Assembly (NCBI GenBank): GCA_018669475.1
Contig: JABHCC010000032.1
Location: 6,058-70,057 of the forward strand
Direction of reading: 5' to 3'
Length of the DNA stretch: 64,000 nt
Source: Bacteroidota bacterium
Lineage (GTDB): Bacteria; Bacteroidota; Bacteroidia; Bacteroidales; UBA12481
Positions 19,867 through 29,884 of this stretch are shown here, piece after piece. The position numbers were made by a program, and so were the translations under genes. Every line of letters starts with the position of its first letter. Position 1 is the stretch's first letter. A model generated the notes under the pieces. That model did no database searches, was not told where the DNA came from, and worked only from the letters and a program-made list of their open reading frames with translations.

Positions 19867-21505
19867 TCAGTATGATCTCCAGGCTTAATTCATTATCAAC
19901 CGGATTAGGATAAACATTCAGATTATTCACTCCGGGTAATCCTTCACAGAAAGAAGGAAAATACTGACAGGGGATTGCTTCATCAATTTTGGGTTCATTT
20001 GCTTTCGTAGAATTATCATTAGCTACATCAGTTTTATTTCCTGTTGAAACAGAAAAGGCAATATTTGGCTTCACATGAGCTTCGAATTCCTTTTTCATAG
20101 GTCCAGCAATAGAATCCGGCAGGCAGGAAAATAATTCATCAGAAGGCAGGAACCAAAAAATACATTTATATCCAAGCTGGCTGGAATCACTGATAAACTG
20201 AATCGGAATACTTATGTCTAACCAGTCAATATCAGGCTGCAGTCTTTCAAGATCATAACATTTTTGTGGATTTAAACTCATTGAAGTGCGTTTAACCGGA
20301 TCATAGACTGACAAAATGGGTGCAGGTAACAATTCATCTGGTGGCTTAACAAAATCAAAAGGATTTTCAATTGATTGAGTCCCTCCACCTATCGTACTTA
20401 ACCAAATTTCAGTTTTCCGGGCACCTTTATGATATTGCATTACTATGCTGTCAGTAAACTCCTGTAAACCTAAACAAGCCATGGAAGATCTTTCCAACTG
20501 AATAGTACTTATTACCAATGGGACAAATACTTCGAGATCGAACTGTACCAAATCAGTATTTGGGAATTGTATTGTCAGATCCTTAATATTCTGATGCTGT
20601 GAATAAGTCATCAGATCTGAATTTTCTGATAACTCTGTAAAAAAATCAGCATTAACAGTGAACCATGCGAGAACATCATCATCAGTGTCACCATGAGGTA
20701 CCCACTCTCCTCGCAGAAGAACTGGAATAAGGGTATCGTTATAAAAGTCGAAATTATCTCTGAAATCCTCAGGCAAACCCCTCATGGGAATAATTTTTGC
20801 TCCATCTGTCTCACTTACGCACACCGGATAATAACTCAGAGCTGAAGGTTCTTTCTTGATTGCCTGATTACGGAATCCTCCTCTTCCAAAGCCATTAGAT
20901 CCATGATTATTATTTTCATCATATTGTAAATAATTCCAAAAATTCACCATTGATCCATCACCGAGCTTGTTCAGATAATAATACCCGAACTCATCAAATG
21001 CAAAGCCCAGCTTCTCAAGCTCAGATTTTGATAACTCCAGTATTTTGCCATTGATAACAGTATCTGGGAGGGGGCTAGAGACCGCTTGCTGCGAATCCTG
21101 GGTTTTGGACGAAATGACTTCTCTGGTATTATCCGGGATTTGATGATCAGAGATTTTCTCTGTCTCACGTGAGATTGCATTGCTAATATTTGAATTCTTC
21201 TCCTCCTGGATGCCTGCAGCAATCTCAGGAGTGGAAATTTGCACATCTGTCTCTTTTAACTGATGTCTGGGGAAAAAACTCATTGATATAATGATTGAAA
21301 TAATTCCGATAATTGAAACGGACATAATTGTAATTTTTAGTGGGTTAAATACTTTTAAAACTTTACGAGGACGATTTAAGCTGATGCTTTTCTTACTGGG
21401 CTTAAGGTCAGTACTCAACAATTCCTCAACTCCTTTTTTTGAGAAATGAGCTTTAGAATTCTTGACCAGCTCAATCATTTCGGACAATGTTTTTCTATTC
21501 TTCAT
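19841..21505 (-). CDS. Membrane-anchored protein downstream of an ECF sigma factor (putative anti-sigma/sensor) with a large extracytoplasmic domain; the C-terminal T9SS sorting domain is interrupted by a frameshift
   Basis: A roughly 56-aa N-terminal region, then the TM helix ITIMSVSIIGIISIIISMSFF. The start overlaps the stop of the sigma gene. The C-terminus reaches NVYPNPVDNELSLEIIL and then stops. Confidence 0.55.
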   Translation of the reverse strand: MKNRKTLSEMIELVKNSKAHFSKKGVEELLSTDLKPSKKSISLNRPRKVLKVFNPLKITIMSVSIIGIISIIISMSFFPRHQLKETDVQISTPEIAAGIQEEKNSNISNAISRETEKISDHQIPDNTREVISSKTQDSQQAVSSPLPDTVINGKILELSKSELEKLGFAFDEFGYYYLNKLGDGSMVNFWNYLQYDENNNHGSNGFGRGGFRNQAIKKEPSALSYYPVCVSETDGAKIIPMRGLPEDFRDNFDFYNDTLIPVLLRGEWVPHGDTDDDVLAWFTVNADFFTELSENSDLMTYSQHQNIKDLTIQFPNTDLVQFDLEVFVPLVISTIQLERSSMACLGLQEFTDSIVMQYHKGARKTEIWLSTIGGGTQSIENPFDFVKPPDELLPAPILSVYDPVKRTSMSLNPQKCYDLERLQPDIDWLDISIPIQFISDSSQLGYKCIFWFLPSDELFSCLPDSIAGPMKKEFEAHVKPNIAFSVSTGNKTDVANDNSTKANEPKIDEAIPCQYFPSFCEGLPGVNNLNVYPNPVDNELSLEIILSRKKSNRI

Positions 21506-22043
21506 CCTTTGTCCTTTCAGCTTTTAATCTTCTTTCATCCTCATCATTTAACCACAATCGCAATTGTTCTCTGGCTCGTTTGAGCCGTGATTTCACCCCC
21601 GAAATTGTTCCTCCCTGTAGCTGCTGTATTTCCTTCAGTGAAAATCCTGAAACTTCGAACAACAGAAAGGTATCCTTCTGATTGGGTGGCAATCGATCTA
21701 AATAGTTGTACAATAATTCCACATCAGGATGAATATCAGGGGGTGCTTCATTGCTGAGCAAGAGCAATGCTTCACCTTCTTTATATTCACCTTGAAACCG
21801 TTTTTTCCGGTGTTGATTTAGTCGCAATCGTCGGGCTACACCAAAGAGATAGGATTTGAATGAATCCCGTTTGCGCAAACGGGATAGGTTTTCAAAAACC
21901 ACTAATATAGCTTCTGCAGCCAGGTCTCTGGCATCGTCAGGGTTACTAGTAATCCCCCGGCAATACCTTGAGAAAGAATCGTGACAAGGACCATACAAGT
22001 CCATGAACACTTTTTGTTTTGAATCATCCCGGGATAGATTCAT
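21495..22043 (-). CDS. ECF-subfamily RNA polymerase sigma-70 factor
   Basis: Sigma-70 region 2 (DLAAEAILVVFENL) and a region 4 HTH (LKEIQQLQGGTISGVKSRLKRAREQL). 182 aa. Confidence 0.85.
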   Translation of the reverse strand: MNLSRDDSKQKVFMDLYGPCHDSFSRYCRGITSNPDDARDLAAEAILVVFENLSRLRKRDSFKSYLFGVARRLRLNQHRKKRFQGEYKEGEALLLLSNEAPPDIHPDVELLYNYLDRLPPNQKDTFLLFEVSGFSLKEIQQLQGGTISGVKSRLKRAREQLRLWLNDEDERRLKAERTKDEE

Positions 22044-22145
22044 TCAATTAAATCAATTGCGACTATTGGTTTCTTAAAGGTAGTAACTTGAATTGGGAAA
22101 AAGTTTCAATAAACAGACAGACCTAATAGCAAGTCCTATAATAAA

Positions 22146-25100
22146 CTACCTCTTGATTACTTTCACCCAATAAGAAACCCCGGCTGTGTCAAGCAAGCGC
22201 ACCAGGTAGATCCCTGAATTATATTCAGCCAGATCCAGAGTTTGCCCCGCTGAACTTTTATGAATTATTCCATGTTTAATCTCTTGTCCCTGAAGAGACA
22301 AAATCTGATAAGAGTATTCTTTATTGGCTGGCACATCCAGTCTTACTAGTCCATCTGTCGGAATCGGATATGCGCTGATGTCATTATCCAGCAATTCAAT
22401 ATCTGAACCTGAAGTGTCACCATTACATCCTGTCACGGAGAATTCGGCTGCTGATGCCCAGGGGCCACCATTCACTTCTGAAAGGGCCACCAGTCTCCAA
22501 TACTGACCAGATCGGGTCTCGGGCAAAATAACTGTTTTGGGAGCTGCTGAATTTTCCCAGGTACCGGTTGCTACCGGCTCACCCCATTCATGGTAATCAT
22601 CACCAACATACAATTCCCAGTCCTTTATTCGGCCATTCTGACCTGATTGACGTGGCAAATAAGTGAATTTATGAACACTGAATCGCTCAACCATATCAAC
22701 CATGATGGAATGCGGATAATCTTTGGTTCCACTGCTCCAGCTGGTATGCCAGATCGTTGTAGGATCACCATCAATTGCCATACTACCCAATCCCGGATAA
22801 TTATTCTCCTCACTGTCGACATATAACAATCGCCAGGTACTAATATCAAGTTCAGCAGGATTTGTACAATCACCAACCGAAGGGCAGGTAGTAGTGGTTA
22901 CCATATCAGGCATGGTTTTACTATATACATCACCATCTTTTGTTACAGTCAGTGTAACCGAGTATGACCCGGGAGTCCCTAATACCACTTCCGGATTCCG
23001 GATATTAGCATCACTGATATAAGCAGGAGCCGGAGTAATCTCCCATGCCCAGCTTACACCCTCATGATTTAGCATGGAGTGATCATCAAAATGCAGTGTG
23101 TCGAGCATGCAATTGAAAAAAGGTCTTTCAACCCAGGGTGTAATAATCGGAGTAAAAGCCGGGTCTTGCATAGGAGATTCCCAAACCCCGCCCGATCCGG
23201 CTGCACGCAGTTTGCTGTCGCGGAAGAAGGGCATTGCCAGATTAATTTTCATACCTGCCGGATAATTGGTGTTGAAATCCTGCCAGTCATCCATCTCGTC
23301 TGTCCTGTAATACACTTTGGCCGATTTCCCATTCTTCGAATTGGTAAAAAGATAAACTAAATCTTTTCCGTCTGAAGTGGGTTGAACAATCAGGTTTTTT
23401 GTGTATTCCGAAACTGTTCCCTTCCAGTTTGTCCAGGTATCACCACCATCTTCAGATTTGAATATTTTACCAATATCCGACGACCATGTACCGTTTTGAA
23501 GACAGGCATAAATGGTATTTCCATCATAGGGTGAAATAGCAAAAAAGAGTTTCCCTTTCCAGCTTGAGCTTCCATACGGACTTCGGGTAAGCTTGCTTTT
23601 GTACAACCAGGTATCACCCCCGTCTTCACTTTTATACAAGCCCCGGTTCACCACATCGACATACAAAATACCCGGGTTGCTATAACTCATTTCCATATAT
23701 CGCACCTTATCAGAGAATGTATGAATCCTTTCATAGCTAACTCCCATGTCGGTACTTTTCCATATACTGTTACCTTCGCCCACATACATAACTCCATAAT
23801 AATTCGGATGAGTAATAATATTCCCCCGGCGTCCGCCATATTCATCCATATTAGGAAACTTACTGAAAATAAAACGCCCTTCAGGCATGCCTGTGGCCTC
23901 CTTCGGAAGTATCCATCCATTACCCAGATCATTAAAAGCCACATGGCGGCTTTTTCCCTTTATCACCCATCCGGTAGGAGACTCTGCCCCACCCATCCTG
24001 AGGGCTTTATCACCATAAAAATCAGCGACTGCAGTATTACCGTTATGGTATCTTCCACCCACAAAAAGGTCTTCATTCCAACCCTGGTCAAAACCCCACA
24101 TATCTGATCCCACAATGCCATTGATACGAGTGTAAGAATTCGAAGTGCTGGTGAAGTCATCACTGCTTAATGTCATCCCTCCATCTGTTGCAACCCAGGT
24201 ATTACCGTTTGGCAACATCTTAATATCCTGGATATCAGGATGGATACTAAAATCACCTCCATATCCACCAACTTTAGCGAAATTCACTCCCCCGTCAGTC
24301 GATTTAAATAAAGTACAGGTTCCCCAAAAAACAGTATTTTCATTATTTGGCGAAACAGCTAAAACGTAATCGAAATATCCTTGTCCGGTAGAAAAACCGC
24401 CCAATCCAGCTTGAGATCTTGGTTCACCTTTTTTCGTGAGTTCCCAGGTCCATGAATCAGCACTGTGCGTACCCTTATAAATATAGGCATACTGTTCTTC
24501 CCCTTCTGAAACCAACATTGTGGCGTATATAATATTTGAATTTGCCTGTGTCACCGCCAAAAGAGCCCCACTGTGATTCGTATGTTCGGCTGGGAAATTA
24601 TCATCCTTCGAAAATGATGCACCGCCATCTCTGGATATAGTCAGCTCAAAAACACCACCATTCGAGGCAGATATCCCATATATAACATTGTTATCGTCTG
24701 GTTTGATTTCTACATCCCATGTTTTAGTACTCCAGGATTTTGTCCAGCTATCTCCACCATCCGTACTGATGAATATTCCTTTGTCAGCAGCTGCAATGAG
24801 TTTGTCAGGAGAGCTATAATCAATAATGAGCCTGCTGGCTGCAAACAGATCTGAACTTTCAAGCATCGGGATCCAGTTCAGGCCAGCATCTATAGTTTTA
24901 TGAATTTGACTACCGGCTGAAACATAAACAATATCAGGGTTCTCGGGGTGAATAGCAACAGCTGTGACCCCGCCACCGAAAGGATATCCTTGTCCTGATA
25001 ATTGCCAATTACGCCCTCCGTCACTTGTCTTATTCACATATCCTGTTTCTGCTCCTGCAAACAAAATCTCATTATTCGAAGCAGCCACATCAAAAGAATA

Positions 25101-25603
25101 AACATTCACCTGCCACGGACAAGATAAGGGGGCTTGCTGAGCGCCAGATGAATTCAGCCAGAAAGTCTGTTTTGGCCCCAGGAAGGTCCAGTTCGATTGC
25201 TGATCACTACCGGATTTATAAATCAATGGTGCTTCACGCTGAGCCTTCAGAAGGTTTTCCCTATACAGATTTAGATCTGGCAATTGTATTGAACCATCAT
25301 CAAGAACATAAGATTCAACTGCTCTCCTCCATATTTTGTAATATCTTATAATAGCATTCTTTCCTCCCGGATGGGTACTCATATAAGCCTGGTAATCTGC
25401 TTCTATCTCATTAAAATTGACCTGATCCTGATAAAGCATTTTTGCCCAATCAGGATAGCTATCACTATAAGCAGGCTTATAACTTTTAATCACTCCAGGG
25501 ATTTCATCATAAGGAGTAAATTGAGCCTGTGCTGACCCAGAAAGGCTGTAAACACCTATGAACAAGGCAATTTGAACTATGTGAAAAAAATTTGATTGTG
25601 TCA
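22146..25603 (-). CDS. Large secreted BNR/Asp-box repeat protein (Vps10/sortilin-like) with an F5/8-type-C (discoidin-like) domain and a T9SS C-terminal sorting domain
   Basis: At least 8 SxDxGxxW/F Asp-boxes (TSDGGRNW, TIDAGLNW, STDGGDSW, SRDGGASF, STDGGVNF, STDMGVSY, SEDGGDTW x2). The C-terminus reads YPIPTDGLVRL...GIYLVRLLDTAGVSYWVKVIKR. The start is taken at MTQSNFFHIV. Confidence 0.75.
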
Positions 25604-25675
25604 TACAATTTGGTCTTTTTTGGAAAGACAAAAGTACAACAAAACCCAGTGATTTCAACAAAAGAACTGACAAGA

Positions 25676-25810
25676 AGGGGACAGGGGACAAGGGACAGGG
25701 GGGACCAACGACCAATGACAAACGACCAGGGACCCGGACCCCGGACTTCGGACTTCGGACTTCGGACCCAGGATCCCGGACCCCAGACTTCTTTCCCCAG
25801 ACTTCGTCCT
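25676..25810. repeat. About 135 bp of degenerate tandem heptanucleotide repeats (GGGGACA x3, then GACNNNN/CGGACYY units including GGACTTC x3)
   Basis: 7-bp periodicity is visible directly. It lies in the promoter region of the BNR protein gene, just after the end of the PAS kinase gene. The plus-strand ORF 25592..25831 is an artefact of the repeat. Confidence 0.8.
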
Positions 25811-28136
25811 ACTTCTTCAATGGAATTGTAAAATAAAACACTGACCCTTTTCCAACTTCAGATTCGACCCAAATATTTCCTCCCAGCAATTCGACGTAGG
25901 CTTTTGTGATAGACAATCCTAAACCTGAACCTTCAATAGTTTTTGACGCAGTCAATTCTATATGTGTGAAGCGCTCAAATATCAGTTGCTGTAGATCTTT
26001 AGGTATACCCATGCCAGTATCTTTTACAAAGAATTCGACAAAGCCATTTCTTTTCAGACATCCAAACTCAATAGAACCCCGTATGGTATATTTTATGGCA
26101 TTTTTTACCAGGTTAATAAAAATTCCATGCAACTTTTCACCATCCGTTTTCACAATTAAGCCGGATTCCAGTAATAAATCATTATACGAGAACTGTATTC
26201 CTTTGTTCTCAACCTCTGGTTTGAAGAAATTGTAAATATCTACAAGTTGCTCATTAATATTTACATCTGAAATAGAAACATTCATCTGTCCAGCCTCTAA
26301 TGTAGACATCTCAATCAAGTCATTGATGGTGTTGAGCATGCGCATTCCACTCTTTTCAATTATCTTAATATACTCCTGCTGTTCATCGCCAGAAAGATTT
26401 GGTTCTTTAAGTAGTTCTGAGAATCCGAGAATACCATTCATGGGTGTGCGGATTTCATGGCTCATATTAGACAAAAATGCTGATTTCAGACGATCAGACT
26501 CTTCAGCCTTATTGAGTGCAGCAATCAAATCGCCCTCTGCCTGCTTTCGCGAAGTGATGTCACGATTATTGCCACGCCTGCCGAGATAAAGCCCATTATC
26601 ATCAAACACCGGAGTGCAATTATGTTCAATCCACCGTAATTCACCTCTACGATGAATGATTGGAAATTCCATGCTGACCATTGGTTTATTTCTATCCTCC
26701 TGGTTTTCATAATGGGCCTGAACCTTATCTACATGATCAGGATGAACCAGACTGAATAACAACTCAGGATTATTAGTAAATTCAGATGCACTGTATCCTG
26801 TTATGCGTTTGCAAGAGTCTGACAAATAAACGTATTTCCCATCCGGGTCTATCCAATACTCCCAATCGTAAGTGTTATCAGCTAACAGTCGGAATTTATG
26901 TTCACTTTGAAGTAGTTGGATCTCCATCTCCTTCCGTTCTGTAATATTTCTGAATATCTCAAGTTTACAAATACTACCATCCGGGTTATTAAATGGTGTG
27001 TCAACGAGATCATAGGTTTGGCCATTTCTTGGGGATGTCCATTCCCATTGCAATGTTTTCCCAGCAAAAACATCATCGTTCTTGCAAAAAGAGCATGGTT
27101 CATTATAATTATGGAAATACTTATAGCACTTTTTACCTTCAGGAGGGCCAAGATCCCTTATTAGGGCCCGATTAACAAACTGAATATCATAGTCCTTATT
27201 GACAATGTATATCCCATCGGTCATTGATTCGAAAATCGCATAAAAATTATCCCTCTCAGCTTGGAGTTTTGATTCTGCTTGCTTACGCTCAGTAATGTCC
27301 CGGGCAACACCTAATACCACTGATTTACCTTTAATCTTAACAGGATAAGAACTTATTTCAGTAGTAATCTGTTTTCCATCCTTACAATTCAAAACAAATT
27401 CCTCAGGACCAGTACCATGACCTTGAATGTTTTTCAGTAATAATGCTGATACTTTGAGGATTTCCTTAGGAGATAATAGTTTAAGTTGAAAAAAATTAGC
27501 CCCTATCAGCTCTTCTCTGCTATAACCGAGCATATCTTCAGCAGCCTTGTTTCCATCGAGGAATTTTCCTTTAAAGTCATTCAGATAAATTGCATCAGGA
27601 GCAGATTCAAAAATAATCTTCAACCTTTCTTCCGAGTTTCTCACCTCCTCCTCTAACTTTTTGCTCCCGGTATCATCTTTATAAACTGCAACAATCTCTC
27701 CTGATGACAGTTTGTAAATATAATTCTCCCTATATCCCTGAATCCTGTCATCTTTATAGATAGATATCGGAAAGTGTACCGGATTTCCACTTCTCCATAC
27801 ATCCTGAAAAACCTTTAGCAATCCAAATTTCTTAATGCCGGGAAATACATCAGTCACCCTTTTTCCTAATACTTCTTCCTTAGATACCTGCTCGACTTTC
27901 TCCGCCATTGGATTGAAATCAAGAAAGATAAAATGCTGCCCTTTGTCAATTGCCTTATAAATAGCAATGCAGTTTATTGTATTCTGAACAATACCTTTAT
28001 ATCTCTCTTCACTAATCTGTAGCCTTTCAGAAACATTCTTGTATTCATCAAAAGATCTCTGCAGCCCGGCATTCCTGACTTTTAGCTGGTCATTTTCTCT
28101 TTTAAGTTCTTCAAATGCTTTATCCGAATACTGCAT
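25809..28136 (-). CDS. Multi-PAS sensor histidine kinase (cytoplasmic; no receiver domain)
   Basis: Several PAS/PAC-like segments, H-box SHEIRTPMNGILGF and HATPase motifs (DTGMGIP, GSGLGL). N-terminal coiled coil. Confidence 0.85.
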   Translation of the reverse strand: MQYSDKAFEELKRENDQLKVRNAGLQRSFDEYKNVSERLQISEERYKGIVQNTINCIAIYKAIDKGQHFIFLDFNPMAEKVEQVSKEEVLGKRVTDVFPGIKKFGLLKVFQDVWRSGNPVHFPISIYKDDRIQGYRENYIYKLSSGEIVAVYKDDTGSKKLEEEVRNSEERLKIIFESAPDAIYLNDFKGKFLDGNKAAEDMLGYSREELIGANFFQLKLLSPKEILKVSALLLKNIQGHGTGPEEFVLNCKDGKQITTEISSYPVKIKGKSVVLGVARDITERKQAESKLQAERDNFYAIFESMTDGIYIVNKDYDIQFVNRALIRDLGPPEGKKCYKYFHNYNEPCSFCKNDDVFAGKTLQWEWTSPRNGQTYDLVDTPFNNPDGSICKLEIFRNITERKEMEIQLLQSEHKFRLLADNTYDWEYWIDPDGKYVYLSDSCKRITGYSASEFTNNPELLFSLVHPDHVDKVQAHYENQEDRNKPMVSMEFPIIHRRGELRWIEHNCTPVFDDNGLYLGRRGNNRDITSRKQAEGDLIAALNKAEESDRLKSAFLSNMSHEIRTPMNGILGFSELLKEPNLSGDEQQEYIKIIEKSGMRMLNTINDLIEMSTLEAGQMNVSISDVNINEQLVDIYNFFKPEVENKGIQFSYNDLLLESGLIVKTDGEKLHGIFINLVKNAIKYTIRGSIEFGCLKRNGFVEFFVKDTGMGIPKDLQQLIFERFTHIELTASKTIEGSGLGLSITKAYVELLGGNIWVESEVGKGSVFYFTIPLKK

Positions 28137-28300
28137 AATAAAACCTTCAGTAAGTTAAATAAACACAATAGATTATTCCCAATCTTTCACCTGATATCAA
28201 GTACACTTAAGTATCAGAGTATTTTAACTACTAAGATATGCAACTGGTCTCAAATTACATAGAATAATATCCCATTATGGATCAACTATTTGACCAAAGA

Positions 28301-28345
28301 TCCCGGACCTCGGACATCGGACCCCGGACCCTTGTCCGGCCCCTG
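28301..28345. repeat. CGGACYY-family heptamer tandem repeat (atcccgg acctcgg acatcgg accccgg acccttg)
   Basis: Same repeat family as 25731-25800. It lies in the divergent promoter region between the PAS kinase and the methyltransferase. Confidence 0.7.
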
Positions 28346-28401
28346 TGATTTGAATAACAACAATCTCTCCCCATATTTGAACTCTTAAAGAAGATTAAAT
28401 T

Positions 28402-29193
28402 ATGGCTGGTTGGTATGAGCGTCGTTTGTTCTTTACTAAATATATATTCAGAATCTGGTACAAATTTGTGAATCGGGTCGACCGTAAAGGTGAGTTGGTT
28501 TTTATGAATTATGGTTTTAGTAATGGTGAACCCACCCCAGACCTGGAACCCAATGAGGAGTCTAATCGCACATGCATTCAGCTGTATGATCAATTAGTAA
28601 AAAATTCGGAGATCAAGGACAAGCATATACTTGAGGTCGGATCAGGCAGAGGTGGTGGACTGGCCTTCCTTACCCAACGCTATAAACCCAAGATGGCCAC
28701 TGGTTTAGATCTAAATAAAACAGCCATCAGTTTTTGCAATAAAACACATGCCCACAAGGGTCTGAAATTCCATCATGGACATGCAGAAAAACTTCCTTTC
28801 GAGGATAATTCCATGGATATTGTAATAAACGTTGAGTCGAGTCATCGCTATGAAAATATGCATGCCTTTCTGGCTGAAGTCAAGAGGGTTCTTCGTCCGG
28901 GAGGTTCTTTCTTATTAACCGATTTCAGGTATGATCATCACCTTGAGAAATTCAAACGTGATATTCAAGCCGCCGGAATGAATATCGTCAACAACAGCCT
29001 TATCACATCTTTTGTGGTTGAAGCTCTGAAGAATGACAACTCGCGAAGGGTAGAGCTTGTTAAACGTTTGGTTCCCTGGTTTCTGCACAAGCACGCACTG
29101 GAATTCTCAGGTGTAGTGGGCTCCCGCAGCTATAATAATTTTGAATCCGGCAGGTGGTCATATCTCAATTACCATCTCAAAAAAGAAATGTAG
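28402..29193 (+). CDS. Class I SAM-dependent methyltransferase
   Basis: Motif I ILEVGSGRGGG and post-I D, with motif II/III (VLRPGGSFLLTDF). Confidence 0.75.
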   Translation: MAGWYERRLFFTKYIFRIWYKFVNRVDRKGELVFMNYGFSNGEPTPDLEPNEESNRTCIQLYDQLVKNSEIKDKHILEVGSGRGGGLAFLTQRYKPKMATGLDLNKTAISFCNKTHAHKGLKFHHGHAEKLPFEDNSMDIVINVESSHRYENMHAFLAEVKRVLRPGGSFLLTDFRYDHHLEKFKRDIQAAGMNIVNNSLITSFVVEALKNDNSRRVELVKRLVPWFLHKHALEFSGVVGSRSYNNFESGRWSYLNYHLKKEM

Positions 29194-29227
29194 TTTACTA
29201 TATTTGATAACTGTAAAACTACATTAT

Positions 29228-29821
29228 ATGCCTTCTCATCGCTTTGCCATGGGATTAGTACTAATTCCCATACTTTGCGCATTAAGTATGATCATTCTCA
29301 ACATTGACTTATTGATTCGCTACATCAGTGTAATATTCACCACTATTCTTTTTAATGGACTCGTGGTGATATACTACAAAAAGGAAAGAAAGCTGATCGA
29401 GAATGGTAAGATACACATCTTTGTTGAAGACAAGCATCGCAAAAACTTCAAATGGCATCGAGCGGTTTTTATTGTAATCAGTGTCTTCCTTATCATTCAA
29501 ATACTATCTGATTTAGCATTCGTCTGGGGAAGTAGAACCGTAACTTTACATATTGCCGTTTATGTGCCAATCCTGATTTCAATCCTCATGTACGACCTGG
29601 CTCAGTCTGCTATCCGAATAGGTGATAAGACAATCGAATTTGAATATGTGTTTCGAATAAGATTATCAAAGATTGTTTCCTGCCGGATGGATGAATTTGA
29701 CTTATTCCTCGAACTCAAAAGTGGCAAAGAATTTCATCTTGATATCCGGAGAATAGAAGATTATGAGGAACTAAAAACCATCCTTGAGCAAAAACTTACA
29801 ACTCGAGTACAAATAATTTGA
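29228..29821 (+). CDS. Hypothetical membrane protein (4 TM helices plus a C-terminal soluble domain)
   Basis: Hydrophobic helices. The start is taken at MPSHRFAMG, the internal Met of the tracked ORF 29141..29821. Confidence 0.4.
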   Translation: MPSHRFAMGLVLIPILCALSMIILNIDLLIRYISVIFTTILFNGLVVIYYKKERKLIENGKIHIFVEDKHRKNFKWHRAVFIVISVFLIIQILSDLAFVWGSRTVTLHIAVYVPILISILMYDLAQSAIRIGDKTIEFEYVFRIRLSKIVSCRMDEFDLFLELKSGKEFHLDIRRIEDYEELKTILEQKLTTRVQII

Positions 29822-29854
29822 TGCATATGATTCACGAAAGTGTCATTTCACCAA

Positions 29855-29880
29855 ATACCGGACCACGGACCCCGGACCAA
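29855..29880. repeat. CGGACYY-family heptamer repeat (ataccgg accacgg accccgg acc)
   Basis: Fills the gap between two convergent genes. Confidence 0.6.
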
Positions 29881-29884
29881 TATT

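Noticed and set aside
25592-25831. ORF 25592..25831 (+), a Gly/Pro/Arg/Asp-rich 79 aa
   Set aside because: It lies entirely within the heptamer repeat tract in the promoter region of the BNR protein gene.
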